Source of the DNA: Candidatus Magasanikiibacteriota bacterium
GTDB taxonomy: Bacteria > Patescibacteriota > Patescibacteriia > Magasanikbacterales > UBA922
DNA: 58,489 bases
Assembly: GCA_042218065.1 (NCBI GenBank)
Contig: JBDGRL010000087.1
Coordinates: 1 to 58,489 of the forward strand
Reading direction: 5' to 3'
Position numbers and translations under genes: made by a program. The first letter of the stretch is position 1; each line of letters opens with the position of its first letter. The notes beneath the pieces are model-generated. The model was not told the origin of the DNA. It worked only from the letters and a program-made list of their open reading frames with translations, and did not search any database. This document shows positions 18,562 to 27,363 of the stretch, in pieces.

Positions 18562-18591
18562 AATATATTAAAACATACATATATCTGTCAA
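18562..18591 (-). promoter_or_regulatory. Promoter-like element upstream of P2
   Basis: Minus strand reads TTGACA (18591-18586) followed at 17-18 nt by an AT-rich -10 (ATATAT/TATATT). Confidence 0.5.
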
Positions 18592-18696
18592 ATACAAGAA
18601 TGTGGATAACTATTGGTAGAATTGTTACTTACAAAAACAGAAGAACCATTTTTCTATTACAAAATCTACAGATCTATTTCTGAGGAGCTCCTGAGT

Positions 18697-19137
18697 TCAA
18701 ACTACTTTCAAACTATCTTTAGCAAGCTCATGTAATTTGCTTTTTTTTGCGTGAGTATAGTTTCCTTCTATATACTTATACCTCTCTCTATTTAATGCTT
18801 TTTCTATTTCATTTTCTACAATATTCTTTAAATAACTTGGTGCCGCTATCATCAAGTGCTTATAATTATTTTGCCACAAATCTTTGGTTTTTTGGGCTAC
18901 TTTTTTCGTATGTTGTTCAATAATCCTTCTTTCCTCAGCATTTTCTATATCTATACCTGCAGTACCAAATGTTTTTCCGTGACCTCTTTTTTCAAAATGA
19001 CCCTCTTTATCGGACAAATCCCACTCCTCTGTAGTCTTCTCTTCCAGTTTCTCAATATCATCACGAAGTACTTTATACCACTTTACCTCTTCTTTGCTTG
19101 TTACTACTAATAGTGATGGGTAATGTGATTGCTTCAT
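18697..19137 (-). CDS. Hypothetical protein, possibly host-attachment / baeRF-like family
   Basis: Pattern LLVVTSKEEVKWY ... HTKKVAQKT ... HLMIAAPSYLKNIVENEI resembles the Host_attach family layout; recognition is weak. Confidence 0.3.
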   Translation of the reverse strand: MKQSHYPSLLVVTSKEEVKWYKVLRDDIEKLEEKTTEEWDLSDKEGHFEKRGHGKTFGTAGIDIENAEERRIIEQHTKKVAQKTKDLWQNNYKHLMIAAPSYLKNIVENEIEKALNRERYKYIEGNYTHAKKSKLHELAKDSLKVV

Positions 19138-19159
19138 AGAAATAAAATTAGTTTTGATT

Positions 19160-19342
19160 TAAAACAGCTCGCAATAAACTGCGAGCCGCTCTATACCTGC
19201 CCTCAGGGGATTAACCTCTGTCCCTATATGGTATAGTGGGTGGCCGCAGAACTTAACCTACGGACGAACCGCCGGGCTAAGCCGATATAAGCCCCCTTTG
19301 AATTGGGTGTCGGACATGGTTTTCTCCTCCTGTAGGGCAGGT
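19160..19342 (-). ncRNA. ~183-nt structured RNA with its own promoter and terminator; rod-like fold with a central bubble (6S-RNA-like candidate)
   Basis: Closing stem ACCTGCCCT (19195-19203) / AGGGCAGGT (19334-19342) extends through CAGG(A)GG/CCCCTG, AACC/GGTT and GTCC/GGAC. A ~15x14-nt bubble follows. The inner stem is GGGGGC/GCC(A)CCC and GGCUUAGCC/GGUUAAGUU, capped by an apical UUCG-type loop. The terminator is GCTCGCA/TGCGAGC plus a U-run (19160-19186). Confidence 0.55.
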
Positions 19343-19348
19343 GTATGT

Positions 19349-19377
19349 ATTGTACTACGTCTTTCTTAGGGGGTCAA
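19349..19377 (-). promoter_or_regulatory. Near-consensus promoter of the structured RNA
   Basis: Minus strand reads TTGACC (19377-19372, adjoining the ndk stop), 17 nt, TACAAT (19354-19349). The predicted start falls at the base of the closing stem. Confidence 0.65.
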
Positions 19378-19378
19378 A

Positions 19379-19867
19379 TTATTCTCGTTCATCTTCCATA
19401 TACACATGTAGATATTCGGTTTTATCATAGTCATAAAGCTCATCTTCGTTGAAGAATCTATCTATCTCCTCTTTTGCGTTTTCAATCGAATCCGAGCAAT
19501 GAACTACATTACAAACCCCCATAGCTAAATCACCTCTGATAGTACCAGCATCTGCTTCACCTGCATGAGTATCTCCAGTAATCAGACGTACCGCTGAGAT
19601 TGCGTTCTGTCCCTCAACACAAAGAGCTACAACCGGAGAAGATTGCATAAACTCTTCTAGATCAGGGTAAAAATCCTTATCTACATGATGAGAATAATGG
19701 TCTCGAAGAAGATCTTCATCAAGTTCCATAAACTTTAGTCCTACAATCTTCAAGCCCTTTTTTTCAAGACGATGAATTACCTCGCCTACCTTACCTCTCT
19801 GAACAGCATCCGGTTTTATAAGAACGAGTGTCTTTTCATTTACGCCCTCAAAATTATCAAACTCCAT
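19379..19867 (-). CDS. ndk: Nucleoside diphosphate kinase
   Basis: TLVLIKPDAV ... NVVHCSDS (NxxHxSD active-site His). Confidence 0.93.
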   Translation of the reverse strand: MEFDNFEGVNEKTLVLIKPDAVQRGKVGEVIHRLEKKGLKIVGLKFMELDEDLLRDHYSHHVDKDFYPDLEEFMQSSPVVALCVEGQNAISAVRLITGDTHAGEADAGTIRGDLAMGVCNVVHCSDSIENAKEEIDRFFNEDELYDYDKTEYLHVYMEDERE

Positions 19868-19950
19868 GGTGATAGTTTAAGAATAATTCAGGGTAATTAT
19901 AGTTTAATTGTCAGTACTAGTCAAGACTATGATAAAAGTCTAAATCTAGC

Positions 19951-21954
19951 TTATAAATTCTCTATATCTGTCAAGAAACCAGAACTGCCAGAATCTTCTT
20001 CTAATTCATAAGTATACTCACTATCGGTTTCTATTTGCTCTTCCCGTTCATCCTCAATCAAGTGCTCAACCTCTTTGATAAACTGACTTGGTTTTTGAAA
20101 TTTTCTATTTGAAGTAACTGAAGTCAGTGGATAAGTAAGATATAGATGTTCCTTAGCTCTGGTGAGCGCTACATAGAATAATCTTCTTTCTTCCTCCAGT
20201 CCATTTGGACTATCTAAAGCTCTCTCATTTGGAAACTGATTTTTAGCTAAGTTCATAATAAAAACAGACCTCCACTCTAAGCCTTTAGCTTGATGTATGG
20301 TTGAAAGCACAACATTATTTTCCGATTCTTCAGCTTCATATTTCTGTTGCATGGAAGCTTCAGCTAAAAACTGTTGTAGCTGCTCTCTCGGACCATCATC
20401 TAAATCGACAATACCAAAGGCAGTAGAAGCTAGTTGTTTTATATCTTTCACTCTTTCTTTATGATCTTCATATTCATCTTTTAGAACTTCCTTGTATTTA
20501 GAATTTTTAATGGACTTAATAAGGTCTGCTGGACCTTCTTTCTTGTTTTTTTCAATCTCTGACCAAATAGATATAAAGCTCTTCCAGCCTTTTTGAGCTC
20601 TAGAGTTTAATCCTGACTTAACATCTCTAATACTATTAAGGCCATCCAAGCTTTGTATCCTAGTAATAATTTTTGATGATGTTTTTGGTCCTATGCCTGT
20701 ATGCTGTGTCAATACTCTATCCCAAGCTGTAGTATCTTTTGGGTTAAGAAAAGCACGTAAATAAGCCAATACATCCTTAATATGAGCACGCTCAAAGAAT
20801 CTCATCCCTCCTCTGAATTCATAAGGAATACCGCGCTTATTTAACTCCATCTCTAAGGCTTGTGAGTGATGAGAAGCACGAAAAAGCGAAGACATCTCAT
20901 CATATGACACTCCTCTAGACTCCAATTTTTCCATTTCATCTGCAATAAACTCAGCTTCTTTTCTGCGATCTGACAGCTCTTCTATTGTGGGTGTCGTAGT
21001 GCTTTCTTTTGTGCTTCTAAGCTCTTTTTCATGCTGGTTTTCATTATTTTTTATCGCCTCATTGGCAAGCTCTAAAATATCAGGAGTAGACCTATAGTTT
21101 GTCTCCAGCTTGAATACATCCACATCATCAAACTCATCTTCAAATCCGAGTATATTTGAGATATCTGCTGCTCGAAACGAATAGATACTCTGAGCATCAT
21201 CACCAACTACTAATAAATTCTCGTGATAGCTAGAAAATAATTTTAAGATTTCATCTTGAATTTGATTTATATCTTGATACTCATCAGCAAGTACATACTT
21301 AAATTGTCTTGCATATTTCTCTTTTAGTTGAGGATTATTTTTGAGCAGCCGAGTCAAATTGACCAACAAATCATCAAAGTCCATTGAATTGGATGCTTTC
21401 TTCTTCTTTTCATATTCTTGAGCTACGTGCTCTATAGTGTCTACATGATCTAGATACTTTGGATACTTAAGTTCAAGTACATTTTCAATAGTGTCCTTTG
21501 AGTTTCGAGAAAAACTTATTATAGCCTGGATAGTGCTGGCTTTGGGGAAATTATCTTTTTTTTGATTGATACCTAAATTATCCGTAACTTTTTTAATTAA
21601 TTTTTCAGCGTCATTACTATCCAAAATCGTAAAATTTTCCTCATAATTTAGCTTTTCTCCATGCTCTCTAAGTATTTTATATGCAATAGAATGAAAAGTA
21701 CCTGCCCAAGGCAGATCCTGATCTAAATCCGTAAGTTGACGCACTCGCTCCACCATCTCATCTGCTGCCTTATTCGTAAATGTTACCAGCAAAATCTCGG
21801 ATGGTTTCACCCCCTGATCCAATAGATAGGCGGTACGATAAGTCACAGCTCTGGTCTTACCTGAGCCTGCTCCAGCTAAAACTAAGCATCGCCCATCTCC
21901 TTCGGTAACTACCTTGTATTGTTGCTCGTTTAGATGCTGTTTATAATCAATGAT
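19951..21954 (-). CDS. UvrD/PcrA/Rep-family DNA helicase (N-terminus extended beyond the ORF-track start)
   Basis: The Walker A LVLAGAGSGKT is encoded in frame at 21874-21847, upstream of the listed GTG. Other motifs are TFTNKAADEM, ADEYQDINQ, YRS and TIHQAKGLEW. Confidence 0.85.
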   Translation of the reverse strand: MIDYKQHLNEQQYKVVTEGDGRCLVLAGAGSGKTRAVTYRTAYLLDQGVKPSEILLVTFTNKAADEMVERVRQLTDLDQDLPWAGTFHSIAYKILREHGEKLNYEENFTILDSNDAEKLIKKVTDNLGINQKKDNFPKASTIQAIISFSRNSKDTIENVLELKYPKYLDHVDTIEHVAQEYEKKKKASNSMDFDDLLVNLTRLLKNNPQLKEKYARQFKYVLADEYQDINQIQDEILKLFSSYHENLLVVGDDAQSIYSFRAADISNILGFEDEFDDVDVFKLETNYRSTPDILELANEAIKNNENQHEKELRSTKESTTTPTIEELSDRRKEAEFIADEMEKLESRGVSYDEMSSLFRASHHSQALEMELNKRGIPYEFRGGMRFFERAHIKDVLAYLRAFLNPKDTTAWDRVLTQHTGIGPKTSSKIITRIQSLDGLNSIRDVKSGLNSRAQKGWKSFISIWSEIEKNKKEGPADLIKSIKNSKYKEVLKDEYEDHKERVKDIKQLASTAFGIVDLDDGPREQLQQFLAEASMQQKYEAEESENNVVLSTIHQAKGLEWRSVFIMNLAKNQFPNERALDSPNGLEEERRLFYVALTRAKEHLYLTYPLTSVTSNRKFQKPSQFIKEVEHLIEDEREEQIETDSEYTYELEEDSGSSGFLTDIENL

Positions 21955-22053
21955 ATTTTATTATTACTGCTAAATTATATCAGTAAAAACATAATTAAAA
22001 AAGCCCTCACCTATTTGTAGTGAGGGCTTTAGGGTTGTAACTATTTGTGAGTT

Positions 22054-23949
22054 CTATTTTGTACTGAATACCTGCCAACTACTATGCATTCCTTCTCCAT
22101 CTTCGGTTTGTGCCTCTTCTCTCACATAAGAGAACTCAAACTTTTGTCCGGCTCTATTGGCTTTATCTCCGATTGGTAAAGTCACAGATGCGCTACAATT
22201 AGATTGAGTCTGGACTTCATCTACGATCCAAGCACCGAAATCTGAAGCCTCGTAGCGCCAGGATACGTGACTAGGTGGCTTTTTCTCATTTTTCAGATAC
22301 TTACCGTACAGATCAAATGTTGCTTCTCCTTTTGTGTAGGAAACCTCTTTCGGTTCAAAACAAGTGATCTGAGGCTGTTTTGAATTGTTCGGTGCCGGGC
22401 ACGTAGTTGGTTCACTGCATGCGGTTAGTTTTTGATTGTCTTTTTCAGAGTCTGTGTTGCTATCTTGGTTAGTCTGTTCTTGCTCATTTAGATTGATTGT
22501 GTTGTCAGAAGAATCCTTCTCTACATTACCAAAGATTCTACCTAAAATTCTCCAAGCATTTATTGTCTGATCAGACTTAGGATATTTATTGAATAGGCTA
22601 TCGGAAATATTTAATGACTGATCAGAAATGTTCTCTGGAATGTTACCTGTGATTCTTTTCAATCTACCATCTTCCATGTAATAATAATTGGAGTCAGATG
22701 GTGTAGTTACTACTACTCCTTCAAACAACTCTACTCCGTCTAATTTTGGTCCCTTCTCATAGTTTTTCCAGTAGACTTGGCTTATATCTCGGATTTGATT
22801 GAGCCAATTATTTCCATAAAGTGCTTTAGCTACTTGAGGATTGGGAACTTCTCTTAATACACCACCAGCTGCTACCACATAGACCTTGTTAGTAAGGCTG
22901 TGGGTTACTAAATAACTTCCTGGGCGATAATTTATTGCCAAAGGCTGCTTCTCTCCTCTTCGGAAGTACTGACCTGAGTTCGCCGGTAGTTCATTAACTC
23001 TAGAAAAGCCCGGGAAGTAAGTATGGAAGACCTCGCTTCTAGGGAAAGGTACTATTCTCCCTCTGTCATTTACTATGTAAACTGAACTTGCTCCCTCAAA
23101 CTTTAACAACGTGCCAGGAGCAAAGTCTCTGTTGCCGGAAAAATCTTCAAAAGTGTTTCCTTTTGGCACCTCGGACCAGTTTATTTGCTTGTATCTTCTG
23201 TAATCATCAAGCAGCTCGTAGTCTTCCGGTATTTCTGTTGCTTGTTGAGTCGTAGGTTGCTCTGTTTCTTGATCTGGTTTTTGTGTTTCTTGTTCTTCAT
23301 TTTTCTCTTCATTTAGATTTACAGTATAAGCACCGGTATTAGATCCATAATAACCTACCTCGCCTTTCCAAAAATCAGCTACCCCCAGGTACATTCTCGT
23401 TGCTCCCTCGGGTACATTAAACTTTTGCACTGTTCCGTCTTCTGTTTTTCCGTCACCGACAAAGAAGATCTGCTTCTTTTTAGGGGATAGACTCTTAAAG
23501 TTTATATTATCGACAAAATTCAACCTAGAAGGCGCTGGCTTTTGTGGTGTTTTGTCACTGATAAATACACCCACCAATGGTAGATTCATATCGGCTTTAA
23601 ACCCTGCTATACCTTTGTAATTAGGCGCAGTATAATTAGACCAGCTAGTTCCGTCAGGGTCTTTAGTCTTTCCATTACCAAAATTAACAGTACCGCTGAT
23701 AGAAGAGATAGTTATGTATTCAGAATTTCCTACATCTATATGCGGAGGTATCTCTCCTCCACCTTTTGGCATCTCAGGCACTTTATCTCGCCCTGCCAAC
23801 CAAATATTGGCTTTGGCAGGTACTTTTATAGATTGTTTTACCTCTTTAGCATTAACCTGAAAAGCAAGTATAAAGCTAAAGGTAAAAGCAAGCGCTAAGA
23901 TCGTTAAAAGCTTTTGCGTATAACTTAGATTTAGTGACTTCTCAGACAT
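22054..23949 (-). CDS. Large secreted hypothetical protein (N-terminal anchor/signal, beta-sandwich-like N-domain, Q/E/T-rich linkers)
   Basis: The hydrophobic segment LLTILALAFTFSFILAFQVNA is present. No catalytic motif was recognised. Confidence 0.4.
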   Translation of the reverse strand: MSEKSLNLSYTQKLLTILALAFTFSFILAFQVNAKEVKQSIKVPAKANIWLAGRDKVPEMPKGGGEIPPHIDVGNSEYITISSISGTVNFGNGKTKDPDGTSWSNYTAPNYKGIAGFKADMNLPLVGVFISDKTPQKPAPSRLNFVDNINFKSLSPKKKQIFFVGDGKTEDGTVQKFNVPEGATRMYLGVADFWKGEVGYYGSNTGAYTVNLNEEKNEEQETQKPDQETEQPTTQQATEIPEDYELLDDYRRYKQINWSEVPKGNTFEDFSGNRDFAPGTLLKFEGASSVYIVNDRGRIVPFPRSEVFHTYFPGFSRVNELPANSGQYFRRGEKQPLAINYRPGSYLVTHSLTNKVYVVAAGGVLREVPNPQVAKALYGNNWLNQIRDISQVYWKNYEKGPKLDGVELFEGVVVTTPSDSNYYYMEDGRLKRITGNIPENISDQSLNISDSLFNKYPKSDQTINAWRILGRIFGNVEKDSSDNTINLNEQEQTNQDSNTDSEKDNQKLTACSEPTTCPAPNNSKQPQITCFEPKEVSYTKGEATFDLYGKYLKNEKKPPSHVSWRYEASDFGAWIVDEVQTQSNCSASVTLPIGDKANRAGQKFEFSYVREEAQTEDGEGMHSSWQVFSTK

Positions 23950-24057
23950 GGCATGGTAAGTTAATAACTTATTAATTAAGCTTGCCTACATTATAATGTA
24001 TCAATAGATTTAGATACAATTTTCCAACTTATCGACAATAATTTCACCTGACACTTT

Positions 24058-24345
24058 TTATTGTTCAACTTCAGATTCTCCCATTGAGTCCGCCAAATCC
24101 TCTTTTCTTGCCTCCTTCTCCTTTTTAGCTCTTCTCCTTTCTTTATCTTCCTTTACTACCGGTTGGCTATTATTATCACTTCTTTTTGCTCTGGTATTCA
24201 TATCTCCCCCCGTCTCCATGCCCTCCTGTTTTGGTTCTTGTTCATGTCCAGGGCGAACATCATCAGCTTTGCTTCTATACTCGTCAGTATCACCTTCTTC
24301 TTCTTCAAAATCACTATCAGGACCAAAGTGTTTAGTCTCTGACAT
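24058..24345 (-). CDS. Small, highly charged, probably disordered protein
   Basis: 95-aa ORF rich in E/D/K/R. Coding status rests only on ORF length and its position in the operon. Confidence 0.35.
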   Translation of the reverse strand: MSETKHFGPDSDFEEEEGDTDEYRSKADDVRPGHEQEPKQEGMETGGDMNTRAKRSDNNSQPVVKEDKERRRAKKEKEARKEDLADSMGESEVEQ

Positions 24346-24363
24346 AATTTTATTTATTAAAAA

Positions 24364-25206
24364 TTACTGCTTTAATGTTAACATTTTAGACACACCGGAT
24401 TCAACATCCCCACCATTCCAATCATGAATTACATTCATTATCTCATTATATTTGTATCTGAAATTTTTACCTCTTTTGGTCCCTGGATCATTGGTAATAA
24501 ACTCAGACTCATTATAACCCTTTATAATAAGCACATGATAGAGCGGTCCATCACCAGTATAGTAAGGGTTGGGAATATCTTTACCGTAAGCTACCACCAA
24601 CACAGGATTGCCCGAAGCTACTTGTCTCTTAATCTGATCAACAGTAGGGTTCTCAAAAATTTGAGCTTCCTTACCTACATAGTATTCAATCAAATCAGCA
24701 ATCTTTTCGATCTCTATACTATCACCCCATCCTTTCTCATTCTCTTCCCAATCTACCATTTTTTTGATCTCATCTTCAGCAAAAACCGGGCTTAACTCAT
24801 AATCCTTATAGTAGGCATCTAACATGAGCACACCTGCCTCTTCACAAGCATCCTGCCAGGGCTGGCTCCAGTCTCCCGTCGGTGCCTGGGGTATAAAAGG
24901 AACGTTTAGATTAATTTCCTTAGGCATTTTTTTATCTTGCTGCTTCTTATCCTGTTGATTTTTTTGTTGAAGCTGGTTGTGTTCCTTGACTTTAGCAGAA
25001 CTAGTCTCAGTATTTGAACTACCTTCATTGTCTCCAAGATTAATTTCCTCAAAATTTTGAGTCTCCATGTTATCAGAAGCTATCTTTTTTTCACTTGAAG
25101 TAGAAGAAAAACTTTCACTAATATTATCCGACCAGACCCACAACGTAGCTAAACAGAAAAACAAAAAAGTAGCTAAGCTAATTGTATTTAAATTCTTATA
25201 TTCCAT
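24364..25206 (-). CDS. Membrane-anchored papain-like cysteine peptidase (Peptidase_C39-like)
   Basis: N-terminal TM, then VPFIPQAP ... WQDACEEAGVLMLDAYY (Cys), YHVLIIKGY (His), TNDPG (Asp). Confidence 0.5.
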   Translation of the reverse strand: MEYKNLNTISLATFLFFCLATLWVWSDNISESFSSTSSEKKIASDNMETQNFEEINLGDNEGSSNTETSSAKVKEHNQLQQKNQQDKKQQDKKMPKEINLNVPFIPQAPTGDWSQPWQDACEEAGVLMLDAYYKDYELSPVFAEDEIKKMVDWEENEKGWGDSIEIEKIADLIEYYVGKEAQIFENPTVDQIKRQVASGNPVLVVAYGKDIPNPYYTGDGPLYHVLIIKGYNESEFITNDPGTKRGKNFRYKYNEIMNVIHDWNGGDVESGVSKMLTLKQ

Positions 25207-25257
25207 AACACCTTAACTATAATGGTTTTTATATTTTTTTAAAGGTCAAAGCTTAAC

Positions 25258-26298
25258 TTATTCTCTCAAATACCTTTGCACCTTTCTGTTGTGTTCTTGT
25301 AAAGTTTTGCTAAAATGAGCTTTACCGCTTTCATCTGTGAGAAAATACCAATATCCATTTTCTATAGGTGATACTGCTGCTTTAATCGATTTTAGACTAG
25401 GGTTAGAGATGGGTCCGGGTGGCAGATTTGAATATTCATATGTATTGTAACTATTTTTAGAACTACGTTGCTTGTCAGTAGTGAACTTAGTATCGGTTTC
25501 ACCATGTATATAATGTACTGTAGAGTCCATCTGCAAAGGCCAATCTTGTCTTAATCTGCGCCAAATAATATCAGCTACCTTTCTTTTATCTTTTTGTCTC
25601 TGAACCTCTTTTTCTAAAATACTTGCTACAGTTAAAACCTCATGTACTGTACGCTCTTCCTGCTTTATCTTATTAAATAACTGCTCAGAAAACTGCTTTT
25701 GCCTGGACTTAACTAACCTTATAATTATCTCCTCTATAGAGCTGTCTTTGGAAATCCGATAAGTATCCGGTCTTATATATCCCTCCAAGCTGATCCCTCT
25801 AGGTTTACTTTTGAGTATGGCTGGAGTTTTCTTAAATATATCTAAGTAATAATTTTCTGTAACTTCAGCCGGTCTGCCTGTAACTCGATAAAGCTGAGAC
25901 TTATCTCTAATAATGTTTTTATCTTCAAAATAGCTACCTAATTTATAAAGATTCCAACCGGGAATAACGGTTATTTCTAGTTCATTCTTCTGGGGATTTT
26001 TTAAAGCTGTAGCTACTCGAGCTATAGTTATTGGTTCTTTTACCTTGAAGGTTCCGGGGCGAACCTTGGTATCCAAATTCTTAAAAGATAGATATTTCTC
26101 AAATAACCACCTATTGCGTATTATATTCTTTTTTTCTAATTTTTCTGAAATCTCTTTTACGCTTTCTTTTTCATTTATACGAAATGTTACCACATCTCTG
26201 TCCTGTGCTTCAGCAGTATAAATTTCCGTGTAAACAAACCAGCCACCTAGAATTATAGAGAAACTAAATAATATTATTATCCAATAATGCAACTTCAT
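25258..26298 (-). CDS. mltG: Endolytic murein transglycosylase MltG (YceG-like)
   Basis: N-terminal TM, VIPGWN, ASILEKE, YNTYEYSNLPPGPISNPS. Confidence 0.88.
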   Translation of the reverse strand: MKLHYWIIILFSFSIILGGWFVYTEIYTAEAQDRDVVTFRINEKESVKEISEKLEKKNIIRNRWLFEKYLSFKNLDTKVRPGTFKVKEPITIARVATALKNPQKNELEITVIPGWNLYKLGSYFEDKNIIRDKSQLYRVTGRPAEVTENYYLDIFKKTPAILKSKPRGISLEGYIRPDTYRISKDSSIEEIIIRLVKSRQKQFSEQLFNKIKQEERTVHEVLTVASILEKEVQRQKDKRKVADIIWRRLRQDWPLQMDSTVHYIHGETDTKFTTDKQRSSKNSYNTYEYSNLPPGPISNPSLKSIKAAVSPIENGYWYFLTDESGKAHFSKTLQEHNRKVQRYLRE

Positions 26299-26307
26299 GT
26301 AGGGTCT

Positions 26308-27363
26308 TTATAGGTATTGCTCTAAGCCTTTTTCTTGGAGAAGTTTCAAGATAGATTTTATATCTTTCATGTTGTCTTTCGAGCATACTAACAATACATC
26401 ATCAGTATTTATCACCATTTTACCATCAAGACCTATAGCTGTGGTTAACTTATCCTCTTCATTATAAACAAAACTATCTTCGGTATCTTCCACCACTATA
26501 TCACCGCTTCCTTTGGTTAAATTCTCACTTTTAGAGCTAGTCAATGCCTCCTTCAGTGCATACAAGGTCCCAGGATCGCTCCAACCCAGATCAGTTTTCA
26601 ACACTACTGCTTGGTCATCATCTACCCTTTCGGCGATAGCATCATCAAAATGCTTTTGTTCTATATTTTCATACTTTTCATTTAGCTTCTGCTCATCTGC
26701 AACCATCCTTTTTATTTTTGCAAACATTTCCGGTTCATATTCCTGGTACAGTTCAATGCAATAATCAAGATCAAAAATAAAATAACCCGGATTCCACATC
26801 CACTCTCCGCTCTGATACATCTGTTCACACTTTTCCTTTGTTGGACGATAACTCCAACCACGGAATTTGTACTCATTTTCTTTAATTTGCTCTCCTAGAT
26901 GTATCCATCCCATATTTTCATTGGCAAATCTCGGCTTTTCTGCTAAAAACACTAGTTGCTGAGGGTTTTCTTCCACCAATCTTTCTCCATGTTCTAAAGC
27001 CTGTCTAAAATTATCAGGTTTTGTCATAAAATGATCAGCCCACAACATAGCCGTTGCTCCTTCAAGGCCTCTTTGCTTTAGCCGAAGAAGACTTAAACAA
27101 ACCGCAGCAGCCAGATCTCTCTTTGCAGGTTCAGTCAGGATATGACTTTCATCTAGTTCTGGAAGTTGATCAGAAACGGTATCCGTATATTTCTCATTAG
27201 TAGAAATATAAACATTATCCAAACCAAACTCACGTACTCGATCTACAGCCATTTGAAGGGTTGACTTCTCGCCTTTGAATACTTGAAATTGCTTAGGTGA
27301 GTTCTGCCTACTAAGAGGCCACAACCTTCGACCGGTCCCCCCTGCAAATATGACAGTATTCAT
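26308..27363 (-). CDS. Sugar-1-phosphate nucleotidyltransferase (mannose-1-phosphate guanylyltransferase-like)
   Basis: FAGGTGRRLWPLSR N-terminal signature. Confidence 0.75.
   Translation of the reverse strand: MNTVIFAGGTGRRLWPLSRQNSPKQFQVFKGEKSTLQMAVDRVREFGLDNVYISTNEKYTDTVSDQLPELDESHILTEPAKRDLAAAVCLSLLRLKQRGLEGATAMLWADHFMTKPDNFRQALEHGERLVEENPQQLVFLAEKPRFANENMGWIHLGEQIKENEYKFRGWSYRPTKEKCEQMYQSGEWMWNPGYFIFDLDYCIELYQEYEPEMFAKIKRMVADEQKLNEKYENIEQKHFDDAIAERVDDDQAVVLKTDLGWSDPGTLYALKEALTSSKSENLTKGSGDIVVEDTEDSFVYNEEDKLTTAIGLDGKMVINTDDVLLVCSKDNMKDIKSILKLLQEKGLEQYL

Noticed and set aside
18601-18609. Perfect DnaA box (TGTGGATAA) upstream of P2 as evidence for the chromosomal origin
   Set aside because: It is a single isolated 9-mer in AT-rich DNA with no cluster, DUE or dnaA/dnaN nearby. 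It was noted only as context for the box-plus-iteron site at 34054.
19160-19342. Structured RNA as a cobalamin riboswitch, RNase P RNA or tmRNA
   Set aside because: There is only a vague resemblance (GCCACCCACUAU versus GCCACUG). No B12-box is at the 3-prime end. The GAGGAAAGUCC of RNase P and the tRNA-like ends of tmRNA are both absent. It is also too short for RNase P or tmRNA.
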